From NCBI GenBank assembly GCA_947632185.1, contig CANROH010000002.1, positions 1 to 55,117 of the forward strand: a stretch of 55,117 nt of DNA. The letters run 5' to 3'. Every line of letters starts with the position of its first letter. Within the stretch, counting starts at the first letter, position 1. Position numbers and translations under genes: made by a program. The notes under the pieces were generated by a model, which did no database searches, was not told the origin of the DNA, and saw nothing but the letters and a program-made list of their open reading frames with translations. Shown in pieces: positions 37,033 to 46,065 of the stretch. This DNA comes from an uncultured Clostridia bacterium (GTDB lineage: Bacteria > Bacillota > Clostridia > TANB77 > CAG-508).

Positions 37033-38211
37033 TTACTTTACTATTTTTTCCCTTCTATCCATTTCGATTTTGTGTACCAAATCTACATTATTATTAAAAC
37101 TTACTATCCCGTTTTTTACTAATGACTTTGAATAATCAGTAAAATAATAATTTTGATAAAATGTTATTCCTTTAAAATCATTTTCTTTTATATTTATTTC
37201 AACTCCTCTAGTTGAATATAATACATGTAATGTAGCTTTTCCTTCATCATATTCAAACAAATCGTATGCTTGCCATCTATTTTTTAATCTTTTTGAAAAA
37301 ATATCTAAATCTCCTGTCTCAATATATTCTTCTAGTATATCCTCAAAAGTAGAATTATTTTTATATGAATATGTATATATAGAAATCTCATCATCATAGA
37401 AAAAATAATAGTATGAATCGTTTCTATATCCCAAATATCCTTCTTTAACACTTCCAAAATTATATGTTGGTTCTATTTCAGCTATTTGTTTTAAATCCAT
37501 ATCAGTATTTATTGTACTTGTTATATCTCCATCATATTTATCTGTAAAAATGATATTTTTTACAGCGCCAGTAGGTACAGTTCTTATTCTTATTGAATCA
37601 TCAAGATATGAAACATATCCATCTTTTAAATCAATTCCCTCTCCTAAATCTTCTTCTATTGATGAAAAAAAATCATCGTAAATATTTAATTTTCTTAAAT
37701 ATTTATTATTTTCATATAAATTTGTATATTTAGCAATTTGAGTATTTTCAACATTTATATAATTATTTCCATCTGTTTTTTCAAAAAAATTTTCTATATC
37801 ATTTATAATTATGTTATATTTATTATTTATATCATCATATACCACATTAATATTAATATTTTTATCTTCATCAATTAATATAAAGTTTTCTCTTTCAAAA
37901 AATTTTGTTAATTCATCTATCAAATTTTTAAAAAATTCTTCATTACTAGTTCCATTTTCATTGTATAAATCTTTACTAAATGTTAAATAAATTGTATTAT
38001 TTTCTTCTTTTATATATGTACATTCATACTTTTCAATTATTTCCTGAACAATTGGTGATTGTGGTTGTGAAGTAATTGAAACTATATTACTTGATTCTTG
38101 GCTACCATTTACAATTGCAAAAATCAATAAAGTTACTAATATACATAATAAGCAAAATAACAAAATTAAAAAAATAAAAATAAACTTTATTTTAATTTTA
38201 TCTTTTCCCAT
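37033..38211 (-). CDS. Hypothetical membrane-anchored extracytoplasmic protein E, paralog of 35468-37006
   Basis: One N-terminal TM segment. Blocks ISIYTYSYKNNSTFEDI...NRWQAYDLFEYDEGKATLHVLYSTRGVEINIKENDFKGITFYQN. The start abuts the stop of the upstream gene. Confidence 0.55.
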   Translation of the reverse strand: MGKDKIKIKFIFIFLILLFCLLCILVTLLIFAIVNGSQESSNIVSITSQPQSPIVQEIIEKYECTYIKEENNTIYLTFSKDLYNENGTSNEEFFKNLIDELTKFFERENFILIDEDKNININVVYDDINNKYNIIINDIENFFEKTDGNNYINVENTQIAKYTNLYENNKYLRKLNIYDDFFSSIEEDLGEGIDLKDGYVSYLDDSIRIRTVPTGAVKNIIFTDKYDGDITSTINTDMDLKQIAEIEPTYNFGSVKEGYLGYRNDSYYYFFYDDEISIYTYSYKNNSTFEDILEEYIETGDLDIFSKRLKNRWQAYDLFEYDEGKATLHVLYSTRGVEINIKENDFKGITFYQNYYFTDYSKSLVKNGIVSFNNNVDLVHKIEMDRREKIVK

Positions 38212-39432
38212 CTATTTTCCCTTCTTCATAAAACCATCAACACCTTTTAAAGTTGTTATATTCATATTAAACACAACTTTTACCATTTTTTCTACTGTTC
38301 CCATAGATAAAAGTAGAGCTACAGCAACAAGTGGTGCTCTTATTGCAATAGTATTAGCAGTAAGAACAAACACTAAATATATTAGTGCATGAAGCGGTTG
38401 TATAAAAACATTAATCAAAAATTCCTGCATCCAATTTGAAAATGCTTGGGCTTTTCCATCTCCTATTTTATCTATAGGATATGTTATTGTAATTAAAGGC
38501 GAAACTATTATTAGCAAGCCTACCATTAAAAACCTTTTAGCATACAAGAATAAGAATTTTGCTTCCATAAATAATAAACACCAATAAACCATTGACCACA
38601 TAGTTAATTTTAATCCAAAAAAACTTAATGTATTTTTTAACAATTGTAAACGAACTGTATCTTCAAAAACATTTCCATCTCCAACAAGAGAATTACGAAT
38701 TGTGTAAAAAACAGATGTAAGTACATTTCCAACCCCTATTAATGCAGTCATTATGTAAGGCATTAAGAATATTAACAGTATACTTTCTAGCCAACTTAAA
38801 AACATCTTTTTATATTTTGCTTGGTCAGAAGCAACCGTAGATAATGCCATTCTTATACCAATATAGATTAAAACCATTAAAGATATTACTATAGCGAGTA
38901 TCCTACAAATATAGTAAACAGGTCGTATGCTTTCTTTAATTTTATTATTACTTTCATTACTTGTAATAACAGTTTTATCTCCTATATCATACTCAACACC
39001 TGTATCAAAATAATTAATATTAAATAAACTTACTCTATTAAAAACTATTCTATCTATTGTAAGCCAAAACGGACTTTTTTCATTTCCATCAATTTTTTCT
39101 CCAGTTATAGTAATAGAGCTAATAATAACATCAAATAATAGTGCAAGTATATTTACAATTCTTGCTAAGATTCCTGTAACAAATCCAACTGCAGAAACTC
39201 CTATACTATTGAACTCTAATGATTTTTTATTTGATGAATCTTGCTCAGTAGAAACAATTCCATTTTGAATAATATCTTCGGGCGCAGTGTTACTTATTTT
39301 TGCTTCATCTTTCGTATAAACCTGTTCCTGCTTACTTTTTGCTTTATCTTCATCAGCATACACAAAATTATTACAAAATATGAAATTAAAAAGTATTGTT
39401 ATCACTAATAACAATGTTATAACTTTTTTCAT
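38212..39432 (-). CDS. VirB6/TrbL-like polytopic membrane protein, paralog A (short form, no tail)
   Basis: Signal-like N-terminus (..NNFVYA/DEDK). Blocks IRMALSTVASDQAKYKKMFLSWLESILLIFLMPYI and SPLITITYPIDKIGDGKAQAFSNWMQEFLINVFIQPLHALIYL. Confidence 0.7.
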   Translation of the reverse strand: MKKVITLLLVITILFNFIFCNNFVYADEDKAKSKQEQVYTKDEAKISNTAPEDIIQNGIVSTEQDSSNKKSLEFNSIGVSAVGFVTGILARIVNILALLFDVIISSITITGEKIDGNEKSPFWLTIDRIVFNRVSLFNINYFDTGVEYDIGDKTVITSNESNNKIKESIRPVYYICRILAIVISLMVLIYIGIRMALSTVASDQAKYKKMFLSWLESILLIFLMPYIMTALIGVGNVLTSVFYTIRNSLVGDGNVFEDTVRLQLLKNTLSFFGLKLTMWSMVYWCLLFMEAKFLFLYAKRFLMVGLLIIVSPLITITYPIDKIGDGKAQAFSNWMQEFLINVFIQPLHALIYLVFVLTANTIAIRAPLVAVALLLSMGTVEKMVKVVFNMNITTLKGVDGFMKKGK

Positions 39433-39469
39433 ATATTCCTCTTTTTTTCTTTTTTCTATTATAGTTTAA

Positions 39470-41458
39470 TTAATATCCTTCTGCTTCTTTTCTTGCTTTT
39501 TCTAATGCTGCCTGCTTTGAAAGATTAGTTTCAACAAAATCAAATTCTTTCTTAGTAGGTTGAATTGATAAAATTGCTGAATCTCCTCCAACTTTCAACA
39601 ATCCTTCTCCTCTACCACAAGTAATTAAAAATCCTGCTTCACCTTCACTTAATTTAAATACTTCTTTTAAGTATTGAATTTCTGATTTGTCTTGTGCTAG
39701 AAATAGCTTTGTTTCAGAAGATGTCAAAACTGCTTGAACCTCTTGTTTTTCATAAAAATCTTGAAATTTCTGTGAAATAACTGCTAAAGAAACATTTCTT
39801 TTCCTTGCACGTCTAGCCATTGTATTTAAGAAGTCTACGGCTTCTGGATAAGGAAGAAGCATCCATGCCTCATCAACTAAAACTCTTTTTTTAGCAGCCT
39901 TTTCCTTATCTTCACTATTTTTCTTAACATATTTTTCCCAAACCCAAGAAAGCATTATTTGTTGCGCAAGAGGTCTTGCAAATCTTTCCTCAAGCTGAGA
40001 AATATCTATATTTATAAAAGGAACGCCATCTAAAAGTTCAAAAGTAGACTGTCCATCAAAATAAGCCATTTGTCCTTGGTATTCCCTAACATATTGCTTC
40101 ATAACCTTTACTAAATAACTGTAATGAAAACGATAATCTGGATTTTCATTTTCTTCTGCTTTTCTACAAATTCTTTTATACCATGATCCTATTGTAGGCA
40201 TATTTTTCTTTGTTCTGCCTAAGTAGTTTTCAGACATATTAATTTTTGAAGAATTTTCATCTCTTGTATATAAGCTTTCAATATTATTTGTGATTCCTAA
40301 AGCTGCGTACTCTTCTGCAACAGCCTCTGATATAATCTGTTTAGTAAGCTCGTTTACTTCTGGACTTCTAGTACTTCCTCTAGCCATAGTAAGTAATCCA
40401 TTTGTTACATCTTCAACTTTATTTTCAACACTCAAAACAGTTCTTTCTTTTCCTGTTATCTCATCCTTTACAGTTTCTGGTTCTATATCAAATAAATTTA
40501 TAATTGTTTTTGAATTTGGACTTAATGTTACATTTACTCCACCAAGAGCTTCTGCGACAACACTATACTCACCCTCAGCATCTAATGCTAAACTTTCGAT
40601 TCCCATAAGAACAGCTGATCTTGCTGTTATAGTTTTTATAGTAACAGATTTACCAGCACCAGATTTACCAAATATTACCATATTATAGTTAGTTAATTTT
40701 GGACTAAAATTGTCATATAATATTGGCAACCCCGTTTGTTTATTAAATCCTAAAGGAATTCCATTTTCATGTCCAACTTCAGAAGTGAAGAAAGGAAATA
40801 CGGTAGACATGGCTCTTCTATCAAAAGTATGTGATTTTGTTATTTTATTATCACAATATGGCATATTACTTCTAAAAGCTTCATCTTGCATTGCCCAAGC
40901 CGGTTTAATATCTATAAGATTTTTTGACATTTCACTTGATAATAACTCTGTATATTTATCAAGTTCTTCCATACTATAAGCAAATATAGTAGCAATAATA
41001 GACGAATCAAATAACTTATTAAATCCAGCTGCTATCTCATCACGTAGGTCTTCTGCTTCCATTCTTTTTTGGGCTATGATTCTTTCTCTATTTATATCTC
41101 CTCTATCCAATGCAACAATTCTTTCTGATTCCAATTCATTTATTGTTCTATTTAAATCAGTTTGAGATGATGCTTCACTAACTGGATTTATAAATACTGA
41201 TACATTCAAATCTCCAAATGTATACATTCCTCTTAAAAACTCTGGAAATGTACACATTCTAGGTAAATTTGCAACAACCATACTTCTTGCATATCTAGTT
41301 CTAGTAGAAGATATTTCTATATGATTTGTATAGCTAGCATCAATTCCACCCGGAGCAATTAAATTTTTAATTGCTTTTTCGTTTTTCTTAAAAATACTAA
41401 CTTCTTCTTTTGTGCTTTCAATTTCATTACTATGCTCTTCTTTCTTACTTCCAAACAT
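39470..41458 (-). CDS. virB4: VirB4/TcpF/PrgJ-type T4SS ATPase
   Basis: Walker A MVIFGKSGAGKSVT, Walker B KRVLVDEAWMLLP, RKRNVSLAVISQKFQDF, and an N-terminal VirB4-type region (LIAPGGIDASYTNHIEI...RSMVVANLPR). Strong AAAGGAGG RBS. Confidence 0.9.
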   Translation of the reverse strand: MFGSKKEEHSNEIESTKEEVSIFKKNEKAIKNLIAPGGIDASYTNHIEISSTRTRYARSMVVANLPRMCTFPEFLRGMYTFGDLNVSVFINPVSEASSQTDLNRTINELESERIVALDRGDINRERIIAQKRMEAEDLRDEIAAGFNKLFDSSIIATIFAYSMEELDKYTELLSSEMSKNLIDIKPAWAMQDEAFRSNMPYCDNKITKSHTFDRRAMSTVFPFFTSEVGHENGIPLGFNKQTGLPILYDNFSPKLTNYNMVIFGKSGAGKSVTIKTITARSAVLMGIESLALDAEGEYSVVAEALGGVNVTLSPNSKTIINLFDIEPETVKDEITGKERTVLSVENKVEDVTNGLLTMARGSTRSPEVNELTKQIISEAVAEEYAALGITNNIESLYTRDENSSKINMSENYLGRTKKNMPTIGSWYKRICRKAEENENPDYRFHYSYLVKVMKQYVREYQGQMAYFDGQSTFELLDGVPFINIDISQLEERFARPLAQQIMLSWVWEKYVKKNSEDKEKAAKKRVLVDEAWMLLPYPEAVDFLNTMARRARKRNVSLAVISQKFQDFYEKQEVQAVLTSSETKLFLAQDKSEIQYLKEVFKLSEGEAGFLITCGRGEGLLKVGGDSAILSIQPTKKEFDFVETNLSKQAALEKARKEAEGY

Positions 41459-41476
41459 TTTTAATCCTCCTTTTCT

Positions 41477-42742
41477 TTAGTCTTCTAGCTTTCTTTTCTT
41501 TACTATTTTTTTCTTAACAACATTATGCTGAGGCTTAGCCGCCTCTATTTTAGGAGTTTCTTCTTTTTCCTTTAATTTTTCATTATTTTTTACTTCATCT
41601 TTAGCTAATTGATAAACTCTAGGATCTAATTGATCTTGATATGTATCTAATAATTCATTTGCTTTTTTTCTTATTTTTTCTTGTTTACTTATTTGTAAAT
41701 CTAAATCCTCAATTTGTTTTTTCCTGTCTGCCTTTAATATGCTATCTGTTGCCATATCAATTGCTGCAATATTAATTTCTTGATCTAATTTTTCTTGTTT
41801 TTTCTGTAGTACATCTTTACCTGAACTATATAAAGCATCATACTGTGCATCAAGTGCTTTTGATAATTGCAAAACTTCAGCTTCATCTCTGTTATATGCA
41901 ACATATAATAACTCAGCAAGTTCTTCGGAATCTAGTATTGTACTTGAAATTTGAGAGGATGCTAAAGCGCTTGCTATATTTTGACATCTAGTATATAATT
42001 CAGCAAAGCACATATTATATATTTCTTCTTTTGAATATCTTTCTAATCCACCACCAATTTCAGCAGAATAGTAAGACACAACGACATATGTTTTTTGCTG
42101 TAATATATTTCTATTAGAGCTTAACTTGTCTACATAGTCAGTTATATCAATTCCATATTCCAAAATATTTACTTTTCTTCTCTTCTCAAATTCTAATTTT
42201 TCTTTTAATGCCTTATTTCCTGCTGTTTGGGCCTGTGCTATTTTAGCATCTATTTTATCTATTTCAGCAGTTAAATTATCAACTCTTGCTCTATATTCTT
42301 CTATAATATCTTTTAAATTTAAAGTTCTACTTTGAATATATAATTGTATTGGAAATCTTAAAGTATTTAAGAACTGAACAAATCCTTCTTCTACTGATAT
42401 TTTTTCATCTTCAGACATTAAATCATAATTAACACCATTGCATTGTAATATCATTACATACTGTGTTCCATTTTTTCTTACAATCATATTGTCAACAATT
42501 TCGTCAAATTCCATAAATTCAAAAATTGATTCTTTTGTTAAATTTCCTGTAAATTTTCCATAATCTTGCTCAACTTTATTTTCCTTCTTAGAAGATGTAT
42601 TCTCAATCATTTCTTCTGTTTCTTTATCTGGCTTTTGAGTTTTAGGTCTCATTATATAAACATAAAGTCCTACTAAAGCAATCATTATAAAAACTATTAT
42701 CCATATTCCCATTTGAAGAAGAGGTATTATTTCACTTCCCAT
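41477..42742 (-). CDS. Membrane-anchored coiled-coil protein with a VirB4 N-terminal-domain-like segment and no NTPase motifs
   Basis: TM segment WIIVFIMIALVGLYVYIM. Then FDEIVDNMIVRKNGTQYVMILQCNGVNYDLMSEDEKISVEEGFVQFLNTLRFPIQLYIQS, a pattern typical of the N-terminal part of Gram-positive VirB4-family proteins (by eye). No Walker A or B motif. Long K/E coiled-coil C-terminus. Confidence 0.5.
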   Translation of the reverse strand: MGSEIIPLLQMGIWIIVFIMIALVGLYVYIMRPKTQKPDKETEEMIENTSSKKENKVEQDYGKFTGNLTKESIFEFMEFDEIVDNMIVRKNGTQYVMILQCNGVNYDLMSEDEKISVEEGFVQFLNTLRFPIQLYIQSRTLNLKDIIEEYRARVDNLTAEIDKIDAKIAQAQTAGNKALKEKLEFEKRRKVNILEYGIDITDYVDKLSSNRNILQQKTYVVVSYYSAEIGGGLERYSKEEIYNMCFAELYTRCQNIASALASSQISSTILDSEELAELLYVAYNRDEAEVLQLSKALDAQYDALYSSGKDVLQKKQEKLDQEINIAAIDMATDSILKADRKKQIEDLDLQISKQEKIRKKANELLDTYQDQLDPRVYQLAKDEVKNNEKLKEKEETPKIEAAKPQHNVVKKKIVKKRKLED

Positions 42743-43078
42743 TTACTTTTCCTCCTTTGTATATGTATACATTTTTCTATTCTTTTTAAATTTTATATAT
42801 CTCAAAATTATCTCTCCAATTGGCTCTCCACCAATTTTTTTCGTTATTGGCAAAGCTACAATTGTAGGAATTTTTAATGCTCCAACTGCATATCCTATAA
42901 AAGCGAAAATTGCCATAATAATTAATCCAACCAAAGTCATTCCTAAAGCTCTAAATATAAAAAAGAATAAAGCACCGATACCTGCTCCTACAGCAGTTGT
43001 TATCAATGACTTTACTGTAAAAATATATAGTATTCTTGATTCACCTCTATAATTACGTGGTATATAATAAGTTCCCAT
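42743..43078 (-). CDS. PrgI/TcpE/VirB3-like small two-TM protein
   Basis: 111 aa reading YYIPRNYRGESRILYIFTVKSLITTAVGAGIGALFFFIF..., with a second TM segment, placed immediately upstream of the VirB4-related genes as in Gram-positive T4SS loci. Confidence 0.6.
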   Translation of the reverse strand: MGTYYIPRNYRGESRILYIFTVKSLITTAVGAGIGALFFFIFRALGMTLVGLIIMAIFAFIGYAVGALKIPTIVALPITKKIGGEPIGEIILRYIKFKKNRKMYTYTKEEK

Positions 43079-43108
43079 AAAAATTTCCTCCTATGTTCTT
43101 TTTATTTT

Positions 43109-43513
43109 TTAGAAGTTTTTAGCAACACTAATGACTATTTTCCAAATAGAATAAGCACCAAAAATTACTATACCTGAAACTAAAACTCCTACTAGTTGAG
43201 TTTTTAACTTAGCCTGTGCTTCTGGTCCAGCAGTTAAATATTTTATTCCCATATATGTTGTTATAGCAACCATTACACCAGTTCCAATCAAGGTTAATAT
43301 AGATCCTAAATCAGCAAATTCTTCAACAATCTTTTCTGTTTGTATCTTACCAGTACTTTTTTCACCTTCTTCTATAAATCCACTTGCTTGCTTTTCCATT
43401 TCACTTAAAGAAATAGCTTCTACGTTATTTATAAAATTATTTGTAAAAGCCAATGCAATCAATACTGCAATTATGATTAATATCTTATTTACAAAACTTA
43501 TTTTTTTATTCAC
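43109..43513 (-). CDS. VirB2/TrbC-like pilin paralog 7 (divergent), first gene of the machinery operon
   Basis: Signal peptide (..NNVEA/ISL), a variable region, and a TM hairpin LTLIGTGVMVAITTYMGIKYLTAGPEAQAKLKTQLVGVLVSGIVIFGAY. GTG start after GGAGG. Confidence 0.55.
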   Translation of the reverse strand: MNKKISFVNKILIIIAVLIALAFTNNFINNVEAISLSEMEKQASGFIEEGEKSTGKIQTEKIVEEFADLGSILTLIGTGVMVAITTYMGIKYLTAGPEAQAKLKTQLVGVLVSGIVIFGAYSIWKIVISVAKNF

Positions 43514-43560
43514 TTATAATACCTCCGTCCATTTTGCCTAATTATACTATTATATTAATA

Positions 43561-43589
43561 ATTATACTTGAATAAATTATCTTTTTCAA
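43561..43589 (-). promoter_or_regulatory. Putative sigma-A promoter of the pilin-7/machinery operon
   Basis: The minus strand reads TTGAAA, a 17-nt spacer (aagataatttattcaag), then TATAAT. Confidence 0.5.
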
Positions 43590-43670
43590 CAATTTTATTC
43601 AATATTTGATAATTTTAACATAAATGTAATATAAGTTGTTTAACTCCAAATTTTTATGAAATTTTAATTT

Positions 43671-43707
43671 AAAATAATAAAAAGATACTAAATATACATT
43701 TAGCATC
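43671..43707 (-). terminator. Terminator after pilin paralog 6
   Basis: The minus-strand RNA stem gatgctaaat / atttagtatc (one G-U pair) is followed by tttttattatttt. Confidence 0.55.
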
Positions 43708-43757
43708 TCATTATTTTTATAAACATATTCTATTCTTGATTTTCCATGTTATGTTTA

Positions 43758-44135
43758 TTAATCTAAAACTCCAGTTAAGTCAGCTATAATTGCTACTATA
43801 TTTACAGCTCCAAATAATAATACACAACCTATAAATATTGGCATAATTGCTTTTTTAGTATCTGCTTTTTCTGATGGACTTGCTATAATATATTTAATTC
43901 CAAGCATTGTTATAACTATTAATGCAATTCCTGTACCAGCAAATTGAATTAACCCTATTACTGTGTTGATTGTTTTAATAATCCCGCTATCTGGAGCACT
44001 ACTATCTACTTTACTAGCATTTTTCATTCCACTTATAACTCCATCTAATCCTGTCTCTGTTGCATATGAAAAATTTATTCCTAATGTTAAACTAAATAAT
44101 AATACTATAATTAATAATGAAACTATCTTTTTCAT
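43758..44135 (-). CDS. VirB2/TrbC-like pilin paralog 6 (divergent)
   Basis: Signal peptide (..NFSYA/TETG) and hairpin LIQFAGTGIALIVITMLGIKYIIASPSEKADTKKAIMPIFIGCVLLFGAVNI. Start MKKIVS follows AAGGAAA; the ORF track starts at 44156. Confidence 0.6.
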   Translation of the reverse strand: MKKIVSLLIIVLLFSLTLGINFSYATETGLDGVISGMKNASKVDSSAPDSGIIKTINTVIGLIQFAGTGIALIVITMLGIKYIIASPSEKADTKKAIMPIFIGCVLLFGAVNIVAIIADLTGVLD

Positions 44136-44148
44136 AATATTTTCCTTT

Positions 44149-44625
44149 CTAATCACTACTTACAGATACATTTATTATATTCTTTATTATACTTAAAATT
44201 CCTGAAGCTCCAAATAAAATTAATGCACCTATTACATAATTCATTGCATATTTTTTTATATCAGCTCTTTCTCCTGCAGAAGCAATAAGATATTTTGCTC
44301 CAATTATCATTAATACAATTACAGCAGCTGCTGCTCCTATTAATCTTACAACATCTAATATTGCTGCCATAATCTCTTTAATATTTTGGCCAGCATCACC
44401 TTGAGTAACATCTGAACCACTAAAGTAATCTTTTACTGCTTGTGCAGATTCAGAATAAGCATCTACATCTTTAGTAGTATCTTCTGGTTTTGTACTTGTA
44501 GAATTTGTAGGTTTTGGTGGTGCTTCTATTTGTGACCTAGGTATTGCGTTAACAGTATTCATTAATGAAAACATCAAAATAAAAATAATTAATAAACATG
44601 TAAATTTAATAAAATATTTTTTCAT
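44149..44625 (-). CDS. VirB2/TrbC-like pilin paralog 5 (longest variable region)
   Basis: Signal peptide (..NTVNA/IPR), a Pro/Thr-rich variable region, and core GAKYLIASAGERADIKKYAMNYVIGALILFGASGILSII. Confidence 0.65.
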   Translation of the reverse strand: MKKYFIKFTCLLIIFILMFSLMNTVNAIPRSQIEAPPKPTNSTSTKPEDTTKDVDAYSESAQAVKDYFSGSDVTQGDAGQNIKEIMAAILDVVRLIGAAAAVIVLMIIGAKYLIASAGERADIKKYAMNYVIGALILFGASGILSIIKNIINVSVSSD

Positions 44626-44642
44626 ATAATTCCTCCAACTAA

Positions 44643-45038
44643 TTAAGAAATTGATTTAGCTATCTCATTTATTATTGATAATATTCCTGCAACACCAAAT
44701 AATATAAATGCGCCCACAACATAATTTATCGCATATTTTTTTATTTCTGCTCTTTCCCCAGGAGCAGAAATCATATATCTCATTGAAATTACTAATAGCA
44801 TAACAATTGCAATAGCTACGCATATTATTCTAAGAACAGTAATAATTTGACCTACAGAATTATTAATCATATTTTTTGCAGCTGCCATATCATTAGCAGA
44901 GTCATATGTTTCGAAATTGTTAACATCGAAATTAGAATCATCCGCTAAAACATTATTATTTGAACAATAATTTATTATAAAACTTAAGATTAAGAAAAGT
45001 ATAAAAATTATTACTATGTTTTTACAAATTTTATTCAT
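44643..45038 (-). CDS. VirB2/TrbC-like pilin paralog 4
   Basis: Signal peptide (..NNVLA/DDS) and core SMRYMISAPGERAEIKKYAINYVVGAFILFGVAGILSII. Confidence 0.65.
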   Translation of the reverse strand: MNKICKNIVIIFILFLILSFIINYCSNNNVLADDSNFDVNNFETYDSANDMAAAKNMINNSVGQIITVLRIICVAIAIVMLLVISMRYMISAPGERAEIKKYAINYVVGAFILFGVAGILSIINEIAKSIS

Positions 45039-45070
45039 TTTTATCCTCCAAGCATCTATTATTAAAATTA

Positions 45071-45451
45071 TTAAATAGCTTCAGCAAAATCACTAATTAT
45101 TCCAAGTATTGTTGTTACACCAAATAGTATTATAGCTCCTACTACATAAATTGTAGAACTTTTTTTAATATCTGCCTTTTCTCCTGGCGCTGCTACCATA
45201 TATTTTATGGCAATAACAAATAACATAAGTATAGCAACAGTAATTCCTATTATTCTAACTACAACAATAATAGTAGCCAAAGCACTCATTGTTTTACTAC
45301 TTGCTTCAGTTTTATCTTGATAATTTTTTTCTATTAAGCTTTTCATTTCAGTATCATATGTACTATCTTTAGCGTTCGCAACACTTTGTATGCTCACTAT
45401 TAAAATTAAACATATTAATATCATTATTAAAATTTTAATACATCTTTTCAT
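45071..45451 (-). CDS. VirB2/TrbC-like pilin paralog 3
   Basis: Signal peptide (..SVANA/KDS) and core AIKYMVAAPGEKADIKKSSTIYVVGAIILFGVTTILGII. Confidence 0.65.
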   Translation of the reverse strand: MKRCIKILIMILICLILIVSIQSVANAKDSTYDTEMKSLIEKNYQDKTEASSKTMSALATIIVVVRIIGITVAILMLFVIAIKYMVAAPGEKADIKKSSTIYVVGAIILFGVTTILGIISDFAEAI

Positions 45452-45475
45452 ATAAAATCCTCACATTTTTCTTAA

Positions 45476-45859
45476 TTAAAATGAAGTAGCAAATCCTTGG
45501 ATAATTGATAAAATTCCTGTAGCTGCGAACATAATAACTGCACCAACTACATAAGTTATAGCATGTTTTTTGATATCTGCTTTTTCACCTGGAGCTGATG
45601 TCATATATTTTATAGCTAATATAGTAAGCATAATAACTGCAATTCCTGCACAAATAACTTTTGCAACTGTTATTACGGTTCCAGCAATATTAGTTGCAGA
45701 ATTTACTGCTTGACTATTATTTACATTTGAATTTACTGCTTGATCAATATAATTCATCATTACACTTTCAGATGTGGCAAAAACATTTTGAATATTTATA
45801 ATTAATGACAATATACTAATAATACTAATTAATAAAAACAATTTTTTAAAGATTCTCAT
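45476..45859 (-). CDS. VirB2/TrbC-like pilin paralog 2
   Basis: Signal peptide (..QNVFA/TSE) and core AIKYMTSAPGEKADIKKHAITYVVGAVIMFAATGILSII. Confidence 0.65.
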   Translation of the reverse strand: MRIFKKLFLLISIISILSLIINIQNVFATSESVMMNYIDQAVNSNVNNSQAVNSATNIAGTVITVAKVICAGIAVIMLTILAIKYMTSAPGEKADIKKHAITYVVGAVIMFAATGILSIIQGFATSF

Positions 45860-45890
45860 GTCTCTTCCTCCATTTTATCTTATTTATTTA

Positions 45891-45919
45891 ATTATAACAT
45901 TTATATACTTTTTTTTCAA
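45891..45919 (-). promoter_or_regulatory. Putative sigma-A promoter of the pilin 2-6 operon
   Basis: The minus strand reads TTGAAA, a 17-nt spacer, then TGtTATAAT (extended -10). Confidence 0.5.
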
Positions 45920-46000
45920 TAATTTGATATTCTTACTTAAATATTAACCTATAAATTTTATTTTGTAAATATAGTTTTATTTATATTTTTTAATTTTAAA

Positions 46001-46043
46001 GCATATAAAAAAGAATGCCTTCTAGACATTCTTTTTTATATGC
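46001..46043 (-). terminator. Terminator after pilin paralog 1
   Basis: Perfect 17-bp inverted repeat gcatataaaaaagaatg / cattcttttttatatgc with a 9-nt loop. It is AU-rich and followed by a T-rich tract on the minus strand. Confidence 0.6.
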
Positions 46044-46065
46044 TTTCTTATTTTTCGCTATTAAA

